A stretch of 64,000 nt of DNA from Phaeosaccion multiseriatum. Lineage: Eukaryota > Protista > Ochrophyta, other classes. The notes below the pieces were generated by a model. The model saw only the letters and a program-made list of their open reading frames with translations. It was not told where the DNA came from and made no database searches. Positions 1 to 14,175 of the stretch are shown piece by piece. The stretch spans positions 806,001 to 870,000 of the forward strand of contig OZ218950.1 of NCBI GenBank assembly GCA_965112735.1. The letters run 5' to 3'. A program made the translations under genes and the position numbers. Position 1 is the first letter of the stretch; the number at the start of each line of letters is the position of its first letter.

Positions 1-3000
1 CCGTGGCTTCGCTGTTGAACCAGCCAACTCACCCTTGCTCCCTCCCCCCCTCTCTCCCTCTCTCCCTCCCTCCCTCCCCTCCCTTGCTTCCTCCCTCCCT
101 CCTTCTCTCCCTCCCCCCTTCCCGAACAAGACCCTTCTGGTCGCTTGTAGCAGACTTTTGCAAGATCAAATGGAGGCGTCCTGCCAACACAGCGTACACC
201 CCTCCCCCGACCAACGCCCACCCCATGCTGGGAGCGAAGTGGTTCCAAGGCGGCCTGCTCAACTTCGCTGAGAACCTCCTCCCGGCGGCCGACGACGATC
301 GTGAGTGCCTCGTGTCCGAGCTGGAGGGTGGCCACACGAACAGCAGCACGCAAGTGAGGATGACGGGCAGGCAGCTCAACGCCGAAGTGGCTCGATGCGC
401 AGCGGCTCTGCGAAGAGTCGGGGTGGTAAAGGGAGATCGCGTGGCCGGGGTGTTAACCAACGGCCCTGAGGCGCTGGTCTGTCTCCTCGCCACTACCGCC
501 GTTGGAGCAGTGTGGAGCTCCGTATCTCCGGACTTTGGGGTGGAGGCCATCTCCGACCGACTCGGGCAACTGGAGCCCAAGGTACTGTTTGTGAGTGAGG
601 GCTACTGGTATGGAGGCAAGTACTTCGACTGCCATCCTTTGCTCGAGCCGCTCCAAAGAGCTCTGCACATGAGTGGAAAGGAGAGAGTGGTGCGTGTGCC
701 GTATGTTTCCTACCCCATGTACTCCTCTTCTTGTCCTCCTCACTCCGGGGGGGGAGAGGAGAAAGACCCGGAGAGAAGAAAGATGACCCCAAGCTCAACA
801 GCAGGGGGAGGAGGAGGAGGGCAGGGCGGCGGCTCCGTGGCGTTCGGCGAGTTTCTGCGTGCCCCTCCCATTGGCAAAACCGCCGCGTCTTGTGAAGAGG
901 AAGATACGATGATGTTTGAGGCCTTGCCCTTCGAACACCCGGTCATGGTCCTCTTTAGCTCGGGCACCACAGGTTTGCCCAAGTGCATTGTGCATTCGTG
1001 TGGAGGCACCCTGCTGCAGCAGAAGAAGGAGCTCGTGCTTCACTGCGATGTGCGGACTCAAGACAGGCTGCTCTTCCACACCACCACAGGTGCTTACGTA
1101 CCCATCTTACGTAACCCAGATACCGTACCCACCTCGTGTGTGTTGGTGTGTTTGGTTGGCCTCAACCTCCCCCCTCCGCCTGCTTCGCAACTTATTAGAG
1201 AGCCACAGATGGCAATTGCGGGCGTACCTATACCTCCCCCCCCCACCCCTCAACGCCCCTACCCATGACCCCCTCTTTCCCCCTCCCCTCGTCGCTTGGC
1301 TCGTGTCTTCTTCTCTATGCACGATTGTACAATAATTTTGACTCCTCAGGGTGGATGATGCACCCGTGGATGGCCTGCACTCTGAGCATCGACGGGGCCA
1401 CCCTGGTTACCTACGACGGGTCTCCTGGCCACCCTGTGACGGGCAAGCTCTTCTGTCTGGCGGAGGATCACCAACTCACGCACTTGGGCCTCTCTCCCAA
1501 GTACCTCTCGGCGTGCATGGGAGCAGGAGTAGACTACATGGGGGCAGGAGGAGCCCCACCCCCTCACTGCACCACTGCTACCACCACTCCCGCCATCAGC
1601 ACCAACAGCAGCAGCAGCACCACCACCACCACAAGCACCAGCAGTACCACCTCCACCAGCAGCACCAGCAGCATCAGTAGCAGTCCCGACATTGTAGACA
1701 GCACCAGCAGCAGGAGCAGTGGGTCGGACCCATGCTCGCTGCCTTCGCTGCGCTGCCTGCTTTCTACAGGTGCCCCCCTCCTTCCCGAGCACTTCGAATA
1801 TGTATTTGGCCGCATCAAGCGGCAGCTCCACCTGGCCTCCATCTCAGGAGGAACGGACATTGTCAGCTGCTTCATGCTCGGAAACCCAGACCTGCCCATC
1901 TACAGCGGAGAGCTGCAGTGCCCGGGATTAGGCATGGATGTTACCGTCTACAACACCGACACAGACGTCGATTTTGACAGTGACACAGGCACCGAGCAGC
2001 AGCAGCACCACCACCAGGGGCAGCAGCAGGCGAAGACGGCCCTGCCCGGCGAGAAGGGCGAGCTTGTGTGTCGCACCCCCTTCCCGTCCATGCCCGTATG
2101 CTTCTGGGGAGACGACGAGGCGGGTAGTAAGTACAGAGCAGCATACTTTGAGCATCCCGCTTGCCCGGGCATATGGGCACACGGAGACTTCGTTCAGCGG
2201 AGTCCTTTGACGGGGGGCTTCACTGTGCACGGGTGAGGGAGGGAGGGAGGGGGGAGGGAAGGAGGGAGTGGGGTTGGGAGTGGGGGAGGGAGGGAGAGAG
2301 GGAGAGAGTGGGTCAGTGGGTGAGTGAATCAGAGAGTAAGAGTGAGTGAGTGAGTGAGTGAGTGGGTGGGTGGGTGAGTAGGTGAGGGACGGAGGAGCGA
2401 GAGAGAGAGTGAGTGAGGAAGGAAGGAAGGGAGGGAGGGAAGGAGTCATGGGATGAGTGCCTAAGCGTGACAAGTGTCTAAGCGCCCCTCGCACCTCCCC
2501 CTCCTCGTCGTCGTCGTCCTCCTCCTCCTCGTCCTCCTCCTCCTCGCGCGGCCGTGTGTCTACTGTTTGCACTTTGGCATGTTGTTTCACTCCACTCTCA
2601 CTCAGACGAAGCGACTCCACGCTGAACCCTGGCGGTATCCGAGTCGGGACGGCGGAGATGTATCGCGTGTTGGACAGAAGCGTGCCCGCCGTGCTGGACT
2701 CTGTTGCGGTGGGGCTCAGAAGGGACGGGGATGTGGAGATCGTGCTTCTGGTCAAGCTCAAGAAGGAGGAACAGCAGCAACAGCAGCATGCCCCAGAGTC
2801 ATCCAAGGAGTCTTGTGTGGTGGAGGAAGGCATGCAGGCGCAGATCAGGCGAGCCATTCGGGCTGGCCTCACCCCTCGACATGTGCCCAAACACATCTTC
2901 CAGGTATGGGTGTGTGTGTTTGGGAGGGCTTTTCGTTTGACTTGGGTGGACGTGGGGCGTAGGGTTTCTCTTGTGCTTGCTCGCCTGGGTATTGCTTGCT

Positions 3001-3535
3001 TGCTTGTTTGTATGACAGTATTGCTGGCTTGCTATGCTTGTTTGCTCCCACTGAACTATCTTCTGTAGCTCTCTCCACATGATTGATATGCTACCAGTAG
3101 CACTCGTGTTTCCAGACGGACATGGGGCATGAGGACCTGGGTGGGCTCTCACCAGACCCCCTCAGCCGAATCCCCCTCCTCTTCGACTCTCCCTCTCCCT
3201 GTCTTCCCCGTTCTTGGTTGTCTCTCTGTGTGTGTGTGTGCCTGCGCGCGTGCGTGTGTGTGTGTGTGTGTGTGTGCGTGTGCGTGTGTGTGTGCGTGTG
3301 CGTCTCTTGTCGTGTACTCTAACCCCCCTCTGGTGCTTTCGATGTCTTATCTACCGAAGGTGAGCGATATCGCATACACCCGTTCCGGCAAGAAGGTGGA
3401 GGTGGCCTACACAAAGGCCGTGAACGGAGACCCAGTCGGGAATCTGTCGGCCATTGCCAACCCTGAAGCCATGAGGGATGCCTTGCCTGTGGCCCGTCGT
3501 CTGCGCGCAGCAGTTGGTGATACAGCAGAAGAAGT

Positions 3536-3566
<31 letters not shown>

Positions 3567-3590
3567 GAAGCAGAGGCGCCGCACAGCTGA
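1..3590 (+). CDS. AACS: Acetoacetyl-CoA synthetase (acetoacetate-CoA ligase), multi-exon, 5' end outside the window
   Basis: Spliced ORF pieces carry the family motifs WFQGGLLNFAENLL, GAVWSSVSPDFG, the AMP-binding LFSSGTTGLPKCIVH, SISGGTDIVSCF, WAHGDF, RSDSTLNPGGIRVGTAEMY and YTRSGKKVEVA. GT-AG introns lie at about 1090-1349, 2233-2606 and 2904-3359; stop at 3590. Confidence 0.92.
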
Positions 3591-4051
3591 AGCAGTTGTG
3601 CACCTCCTCAACAATCGCCCAGGATATTTCACCGTGTCGTCATCCACCCCCCGTGCCCCTTGATGGACCAGCTGGGGTGTATTTCACCATTAGAGGGCCC
3701 TATGAGGCGGATTGCAGTGTTTGGATCATGATCCATCATCCAGCTGGTCATGATCGCATCACATTATGGATCACATCACGGCCAGGGGCCAGCGCGGGAT
3801 CAAATCATGAATCGCATCACACCCCTGCGGAAGTCATGATCGGATCCCATCACTACACCCGATTGGGATCGTGGATCATGGAGACACATACGTGAAAGGA
3901 GCCAGGTGCTCGAAGGTGCCGGGTGCCGGGCCGGGCGAATGGGCAAAGGAGTCAATAAATTTGCCCCCCCGGGCATCCTGGCAGCGTATCTTTCCTCGAA
4001 AAGGAGGATGAATTCAATTGGATTAATTGTGCAAAAAAAAGAAGAAGGATA

Positions 4052-6200
4052 ATGGCTGTCTCTCCAGCGATCGTATGCATGGCAGTCGTTGCAGCCTTGC
4101 TGCTCGATGGCGGGCGCGCGTTCTCTGTCCAACCCTTCTCCCGAGCAGCCCCCACGAGGGCTGGGGCACGCAGCACTAACAATGGGACCCCTGCTGCTAC
4201 AACAATGATGGCCACACGCGATCAGAGCAAGCCCCTCGACCCCGAGGTTGCGGCCACTGTCTCGCCTGCCTATCAGCCTGAGCCCTGCCCTTTCACCGAG
4301 GAGGAGATTATCACCCTGACTAAGCGTTACGTCAAGGAGCCTGGTTACGAGGACACAGACCAGGTGAGTGTGCATATTGGACAGAGGGAGATAGGAATAG
4401 CAGGACCACACAGCATGAAGAGTCCCCCTCACAGTGATCCTCTTAACCCCGTATCATGCCTCCAACCCCCCCCCCCCCCCTTGCCTCTCCTGTTCATCTT
4501 ATTCTTACAGGCGACCTTAATTGCTGATGACTTCGTGTTTCGTGGCCCTGTTGTTGGGCCTCTTGCCTCCAAGTCTCTGTATAACCAAGTGGGCAAGTTC
4601 ACCATCGACGACGCTTACCCGGACATGAATATCAAGCGATGGGGCTTCTCGGTCGACCCCGATGATCGTGAGTTTCCCTCTTTCCCTCCCTTCTCGCGCG
4701 CTTTCGCCTTCTCTTCTCTCTCACTCACTCACGCACGCACGTTATCAGTTACGCATTCAGCCATTCACGCGCGCACTCATCCCTCTACTCACTCGCTCAC
4801 TCCCTCACCCACTCTGTCTCTCACGCAGCCATGTCTCTCCCTTCCCTCTCTCTCTCACTCAGTCACTAACTCCCTTTGGCTCCCCACCTCTTTCCCTTTC
4901 GCTCGCTTGCCCTCCTCTGTCCCAATCAGCGTACCGCTGCTACGCATTTCAGCGCAGCACAGGTAGAGTACTTCTCACACGCGCACACACACACAGACAC
5001 ACAAGCACACACACACACGCGCGCGTCAATAGCTTAAGAGACGAAAGGGAATAGACTCCGGAGAGCAGTTTCAGGAGCCGTACTCCCTGGGTTGGGTCGG
5101 AATGGCTTGGAGAGGGGCGGGCGGTTGTGCGATATCGTCGCACTGAGAGAGAGAGAGAGACCCACGCATGCACCAGGCTCCCCTCTTTCCTTTCCTCTCT
5201 TTTTTTTTTACGCTGTATTTGGCTTGATGTGGGCTGCCACTTCAGCTATACCTGCGTCTCGCTCACGCCACAGAATACCTCACCCACCCCCCCAACCATT
5301 TCTGTTTTGTTTTCATTGTTTGACCGATCAATGACTGCCGAATGACCATTTCTTTCCATGACCGGCTATTTGCTCGGCAATCATGAACCAATTTGCCGGG
5401 CAATAACAGGTACGCACACCGGCACGTTTGACATTGGGAACACCAAGCTTGAGGCCACCGGAAACAAGTTGGTGGGGCCTCCTGAGGTTTACTCCTACAC
5501 CTGGAACAAGGTGAGGGAAGGGAGGCAGGGAGGATGGCGGTGGAGGTAGCGAGGGAGGGAGAAGAAGGAAAGAGAAGGGCGGAGGGAGGGAGGGAATGAT
5601 GGAGAGTTTGGGGGAAGGGAGGCGGGAGGAGGCGAGGGCAGAGGGTGGGAGGTGAACGAAGGGGAGAGGAGGGAGTAGGGCGCGAAGCAGAGAACGAAGG
5701 AGTGAGGGAGGGAGGCAGGGAGGGAGGGAGGGAAAGGGACGAGGAGAGGCGGGAAGTAAGGAAGGGATGGAAACCTCGAACCTGTGCGCTCCCAGCTGTC
5801 ATATTCGATCCAGGGCCCCCGAAGGCATGCGTGTACCCAACTCTCATACGCACGCACTCACGCCTTCTCACCTCTCCCGTGTCGCCCACCGCACCCGCCC
5901 GGGGTGACTGGGCTATGGCCATATGACTATCACATCATATAGGACGGCAAGCTCAAGTACCAAACCATCGGCTACCCCGCGGACCGATTCTCCGGCAACA
6001 CGGGCGGCAAGGGTGCCGTGTTTGGTATGATGCACAACGCAGGGCTGAAACTGAATCCCCACCCGGGCAGCAAGACCATGCTGCTTCTTCAGCGCCTCGG
6101 TCACATGTTGAAGGCGAGCCGTAGCTGGAGCCCCCCGGAAGAGCTTCCAAAGTGGTGGAAGAGCAAGGCCATGGGAGCCATGGACAATTCCACTGAGTAA
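4052..6200 (+). CDS. Putative plastid-targeted SnoaL/NTF2-like (ester cyclase-like) protein, 5 exons
   Basis: Signal peptide followed by 'RAFSV' (stramenopile bipartite targeting). Exons at about 4052-4363, 4511-4667, 4930-4962, 5410-5510 and 5943-6200 join in frame to give LIADDFVFRGPVVGPL..GTHTG..GYPADRFSGNTGGKGAVFG..WSPPEELPKWW. Confidence 0.7.
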
Positions 6201-6288
6201 AGGAGAAGGAGGAGGAGCTGCCAAAGTGGTGGAAGAGCAAGGCCATGGGAGCCATGGACAATCCCACTGAGTAAAGGAGAAGGAGGAG
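6141..6288 (+). repeat. 74-bp tandem duplication of the gene 3' end, including the stop codon
   Basis: 6141-6214 and 6215-6288 differ at two positions. Confidence 0.9.
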
Positions 6289-6457
6289 AAGGAGGAGGAG
6301 GAGGAGGAGGAGGAGGACGACGACGACGACGACGAGTGAATAGTAGAGAGAGCTGCGGGATATAGAAGGCGAGGAAGAAAGGTTTTGTCTGTTTGTCATA
6401 CTTATACAGTGAGAAGCAGTAGTTCTCTGTAGTCCGTATGTCTAATAGTACCGTGAT

Positions 6458-9372
6458 GTGGGGCACCTGCCCCACGAAATTATGGTTTTGGATATTTTAT
6501 GGGCCACAAATGCTCGTTTTTCAAGTTTTTTATCCAATATTTTTTGGTTGTGGGGCATTCTCCCCCCCCTCCCCACATGGATTTTTATTCATTCACAGCA
6601 TCAGCATATTTGCACAGGGCAGCTATGTAAGAGGAGCAGCGGCTGCGCGGACGATACCCGGCTGTAACAGCTGATGCCAGTGGTGGGAGGGGCATCTCCC
6701 ACGTGAATTTGCAGGAGAACAGAGCATACCATGGCTGACGTCGCTGTTGCTACGGTTCCGGAAGCACCAGCAGCAGAGGGGGAAGAAGCACCGCTTACTG
6801 CAGAGCAGCAGCAGATTCAGAACCTCCGAAACAACACCATCGCCCCACGCTCGAGAAGTGGATATGCATGCGCCTCCACCATGCTGATCCGATACCTCTT
6901 CCGCAAGCACCCGGAGCTTTTGGACCCTGACTTCAGGACAGCATTTGCTCCACCGGAAGGGGAAGAGGAGGAAGACGGGGAAGATGGGGAAGAGGAGGAA
7001 GCACAGAGGAGAGCAGCAGCAGCCGCAGCAGCCGCCGCACCTGGCGGAGCGGGTGGTGCCACTGCAGCGGCACAGCAGACGCCGGCTGAGGTGTCGAGAG
7101 CAGCGAAAGCCCAAGCAAAGGCCAAGAAGAAGGCTGAGGCGCAGTGGACGAAGCGGGTGAAGGCACACTTGATCCAAGCACCTCGGGCACCGCACCCTTT
7201 GCTGTTCCATCTGCTGACAGCCGACGCGTTCTTCGGGTGGCTGCTTGAAGTCAAGAAGGGGCCGAAGGGCTTATCCAAGGCCGGTGCACAGTCGAAACGC
7301 TCTGCACTCTTCAATCTGTACAGAGACTACCATCAGGAGGAACAGCACCGCAAATTGCAAAGCGACCTTGCGACGCTCACCAAGGGGCTGAAGAGGACGA
7401 TCGCAGGAGAGAAGCAGGAGGGAAATGTCGAAGTCAGAGAAGGGAAGGCTCCCATGCCGTTCGCTCTCTACCGCGCTCTTGCCAAAGGTAAATTCCCAGC
7501 TGTGTGGAGTCAGTGGACAAGGGAAACTAGTGGAGTGGGTGGAGACAAGTGGCTGATGCATTGAATGCCCCCTACTCACTTCCTAGCCCTGACGCCGTCT
7601 TTGGTTGCCACTGTTTCCTTCGCTTGTGTACATCGCAGCAATGCTGAGCTCGGCAGTCTGTGAGAACGGGCACAGACAGGGCGCCTTTGGCCACCCCTTC
7701 CTCGTTCTCTCCTGGAATCTGATGTGCCGCGCCACCAACTGTGTGGAGATTTGTCTCGATCATCTCGAGTGGAAGGGGGACGCGCTCTGCGTCTATTTTG
7801 GGAAGCAAAAGGGCGATCAGCTGGGAGAGAAGGCCCGACATCCTCGCCACGTCTACGCGAATCCAATCATGCCGGAGATCTGCCCCGTCCTCGCGCTTGG
7901 TGTTTACCTCCTGAGCTTTGGTTTTGAGAAGAACGCGCTGTTCGCTGGCAACAATCAGTACGATAGGTATTGCGGCTTCCTCAGACGTACGGCGGCGGCG
8001 AACTCGTCCATTTTGGAAGGCATGGGGCTGACTCCAGAGGACCTCGGCACTCATTCTGGGCGCAAGGGCGCTGCCTCGCACGTCACAAGCGGCTCGTCCG
8101 CTGCTCCCAACCCAATTGCTGTGCAACTTCGAATGGGATGGTCTCTTCCCGGCGTGCAGGGCATCTACTTCAACCCCATCAATGCAGCAGATCAGTATGT
8201 GGGCCGGGCTGCCTCCGGCGCGAACATCTCAGCGAAGGAGTTTGCATTGCTTCCTCCCTTTTTTCAGCGCCTCAAGGTGGACGGCACAGCGAAGGAGGGC
8301 ATTGAAGACGTGCTCGCGGGAGCCATTGTGAGCTGCTTCAGGGACGTGCCGCTGAGATTGAGGAAGGTGGCTGAATTCTGTCTTGCCAGTGTGGTGTACC
8401 ACGCCGGCTTTCTGCGCAGCACTCTTCAGGAGAATCACCCTCTTTTCACGACACAGCTCTTCCGAGATCAAAGGTTGCTGGCGGACCTTTCAGAGCATGT
8501 CGTGCTGAAGTATCCGGACGAGATGGACGAGATTTCTGCAACCGGGATTCCTCCCCACGTCGTGCAGCTGAGGCAATTCCAAGTCGTGGCGGACAGCGTG
8601 GCCTCTCTAGGCGGCAAGCTTGAGGTGTTGGGCCAGACGATCAAGGTCGACTTGGAGACGCTGATCCGTGACGTTCTGGAGGAGAATGCACAGGCCTCTG
8701 GCACTGTCACCAGTCTGGGTGTGAGCAGGGCCCTGCAGACGACCCTCGACGCAGCCTTTTCTAAGAGTGGGCTCAGCGACCTTCTCGCGGCTCACCAGGC
8801 AGGCACTCTGGGCCTTGGTGAGGGTTCGAGCAGCGCCCCGCCCTCTTCTTCTTCTTGTGCAGGTGCAGATCAGCCACCTCTGTATCTCTACAACGGCCGG
8901 TGGCATACCCTTCCCGAGCACTTTGAGGTCCCTAGCTTCACTGTGCGCGCTGCTTGGGATGCTTGGATGACAGGCACTCCTCGCCTTCGAGAATTCACGA
9001 CAGCAGACGTGCAGGGGAGGGCGGAGAAGCGAAGGATGTCAAAATTTTGCTGTTTGATGGGTGCGATTGAATCCGCGGCGAAAGAAAAGGGGCTCTGGAA
9101 GGACAAGCCGACGCTTGAAGAAGCGCGAAGCATGTTTGACGCAGTCAAAGACGCCTTTGACATCAAGTCTCGTTCTGATTCTCACAAGCGCCGCTTCAAT
9201 CAGCTGGTGTGGACCACCGTGTATAATTTATGGAGCGCGCAGCAGGCGGACGCGAAAAAACGGGCGAAGCGGGCGAGGGCGAAGGAAAGTGGCACTGGTG
9301 CAGACGAGTCGAAGGAGGGGGATGGAGGTGATAGCGGTGCAGAGGACGACGAGGAGGGAGGTGGCAGCAGCA

Positions 9373-9409
<37 letters not shown>

Positions 9410-10026
9410 AACAGGAGGAGGCGGAGCCGGAGGAGGACGAGGAGGAAGGGGTGGGGGAAGGGGGGCCCAAAAAAAACAGCGTACTGGTACTGGTACTGCT
9501 TCTGATGCTGCTTCTGCTGCTGCCTCTGATGCGGCCGCTGCGGCCGCTACTGCCGCTGCTGCCGCGTCAGCAGCGCCGTCGTTGGGCGGCTTGAGAGAGG
9601 GAGACATGGCCTTCACATGCTCGTATGGCTGTACTAAGCCCTCGCAAGTCAAGCTGTTCCTCTGCCCATCCGAAAGAGCGTGTGGAAACCTCGTGCACCA
9701 CATGTGCACCGTCGAGTTTTGCGACAGCAAGGGTTTTGCGGAAGGCGATTTTGACTACTACTGTATGCCATGCATGATTGAGGACGGACACTAAGTGTGT
9801 CTGTAAATATGAATACCATTGTTATCGTGGTAATACCATTAAATCGTCATATCATAGCGTAGTATATTTTGGAGGAGGAGGGGAGAGATACACCAAAAAG
9901 GAGGGGGGGGGGGAGGGGCGCTACTGGTCCATATTGGGTACTGTACTAAAAATACCCACTTTTAAAAAAATTGGGTACTAAAAATACCCACTTTCACCGA
10001 GTGGGGCATCTCGCCCCACCAAAACC
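6458..10026 (+). mobile_element. Putative autonomous Crypton DNA transposon (exact ends unresolved)
   Basis: The YR gene has AT-rich flanks with related palindromes at 6458-6475, 6550-6576, 6683-6702 and 10001-10019, and TATGG at 6481 and 6498. No long TIRs, as expected for Cryptons. Confidence 0.65.
6731..9794 (+). CDS. Crypton-type (CryptonS-like) tyrosine recombinase with a GCR1_C-like region and a C-terminal PHD-like zinc finger; 2 exons, about 970 aa
   Basis: Exon 1 (6731-7487, AAG|gtaaat) joins exon 2 (7639-9794, gcag|CA) in frame. YR catalytic residues: R (WNLMCRATN), K (KQKGDQ), HxxR (THSGRKG), W (RMGWS), Y (QGIYF). TVRAAWDAWMTG resembles GCR1_C. The C-terminus has C4HC3 spacing. Confidence 0.88.
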
Positions 10027-10136
10027 GGTCATCAATAGTTTATTTTCCCCGCCCGCCCCTTCAGTTTCATTTTCGTTTCCTTTTTGTGAGTAGAACTAAA
10101 AAAAATACTGATACGTAAACCACCATAATCATATCT

Positions 10137-10381
10137 CTGGGTTGCCCCCATGGTCCTGGATATCTCGGTATCTCTGCTGGAGCGTGGGCGTCCTTGTGCG
10201 TATTTGACCTTCACCAATAAATCTACCCCTCGATCCAAAAGCCACCAGATGTGGCTCTCGGAGCGAGAGCGCGCCTTCCTGGGTCGGCTCAACCGCGGAG
10301 CTGGCCGGTCCTGCACTCCCCCTCCCCGCCCTAGAGGGGGAGTAACCGGCCCCTTGAGGGCCCCGGAGACACAGCGATACC

Positions 10382-10438
<57 letters not shown>
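10137..10438 (+). mobile_element. 5'-truncated retroelement-like (LINE/SINE) 3' end with a (CA)n tail
   Basis: 10310-10383 matches the reverse complement of 63927-64000 with about 3 mismatches. Both copies run directly into (CA)n and similarity stops beyond it. A GC stem-loop precedes the tail. The 5' boundary is approximate. Confidence 0.55.
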
Positions 10439-10440
<2 letters not shown>

Positions 10441-10695
10441 GGCCCTGGAAGAGGTTACAGTGTGCGCCGGTCATAATCAGTAATCAGGCCGGCTGGCGCC
10501 AATAATCAGTAATCAGGCCGGCTAGCGCCCGTCATAATCAGTAATCAGGCCGGCTGGCGCCGGTCATAATCAGCAATCAGACCCGGCTGGCGCCGGCCAT
10601 AATCAGTAATCAGGCCCGGCTGGCGCCATAATCAGTAATCAGGCCGGCTGGCTGCGCGGCCGTAATCAGTAATCTGATAACCTCTTCCAGGGCCG

Positions 10696-10696
<1 letters not shown>
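10439..10696. mobile_element. 258-bp MITE with 19-bp TIRs and internal ~30-bp tandem repeats, inserted in (CA)n
   Basis: TCGGCCCTGGAAGAGGTTA (10439-10457) and TAACCTCTTCCAGGGCCGA (10678-10696) are a perfect inverted pair. About 6.5 copies of CATAATCAGTAATCAGGCCGGCTGGCGCC lie inside. Removing the element restores an uninterrupted AC run. Confidence 0.85.
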
Positions 10697-10760
<64 letters not shown>

Positions 10761-11204
10761 CTAAACTGAGACGGAAACTGAATCGCATTATCCAGGGCCC
10801 CGCCTCCCCCAGGTGAGCGTTTTCAAGGGTCCCCTACCTTCTGGCGACTGTTTCTTCGGCCGATGATGCCCTTTTTTGGCCCACTGCCCTTACTAAGATC
10901 CTATTTTGGGTGAGAAACCCCCCGGGGGACGATGTGCCCTCGCCAAGCGGGAGGGAGGTAGGTTAGCAGAGGAGAGAGAACACCCAGCACTTCCCCCTCA
11001 AAGGCAAGAGGCGTAAGTGGAATCTTGTGTGTACTCTGTGGCCGAGATTAGGGGATTTTCTCCTCTGTAAAGGTCCTCGATCTGGGTTAAACAACCAGAC
11101 GAAGAGCAGCAGCAACGGGAGCAGAGAAGGAGAAGGAAGAACAGATCTTTGGCTCCTTGTCATATGAAGAGAAGGAACTCGTTTCGGCGAGAAGACTTTA
11201 ACCA

Positions 11205-14175
<2,971 letters not shown>

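Noticed and set aside
6400-10140. Claim that this YR directly mobilises the 44.4-kb insertion
   Set aside because: The CATCTGAAAAA arms and subterminal motifs were not found around the YR gene, so the partner may be a different family; kept only as a hypothesis.
10472-10677. CRISPR-like array of ~30-bp repeats
   Set aside because: The repeats are contiguous with no unique spacers, there are no cas genes, and the context is eukaryotic; it is the interior of a MITE.
10760-10930. Possible snRNA or snoRNA (TGATG and ATTTTGG-like motifs)
   Set aside because: No convincing match to the conserved sequences of U1, U2, U4, U5 or U6, and no paired C/D boxes.
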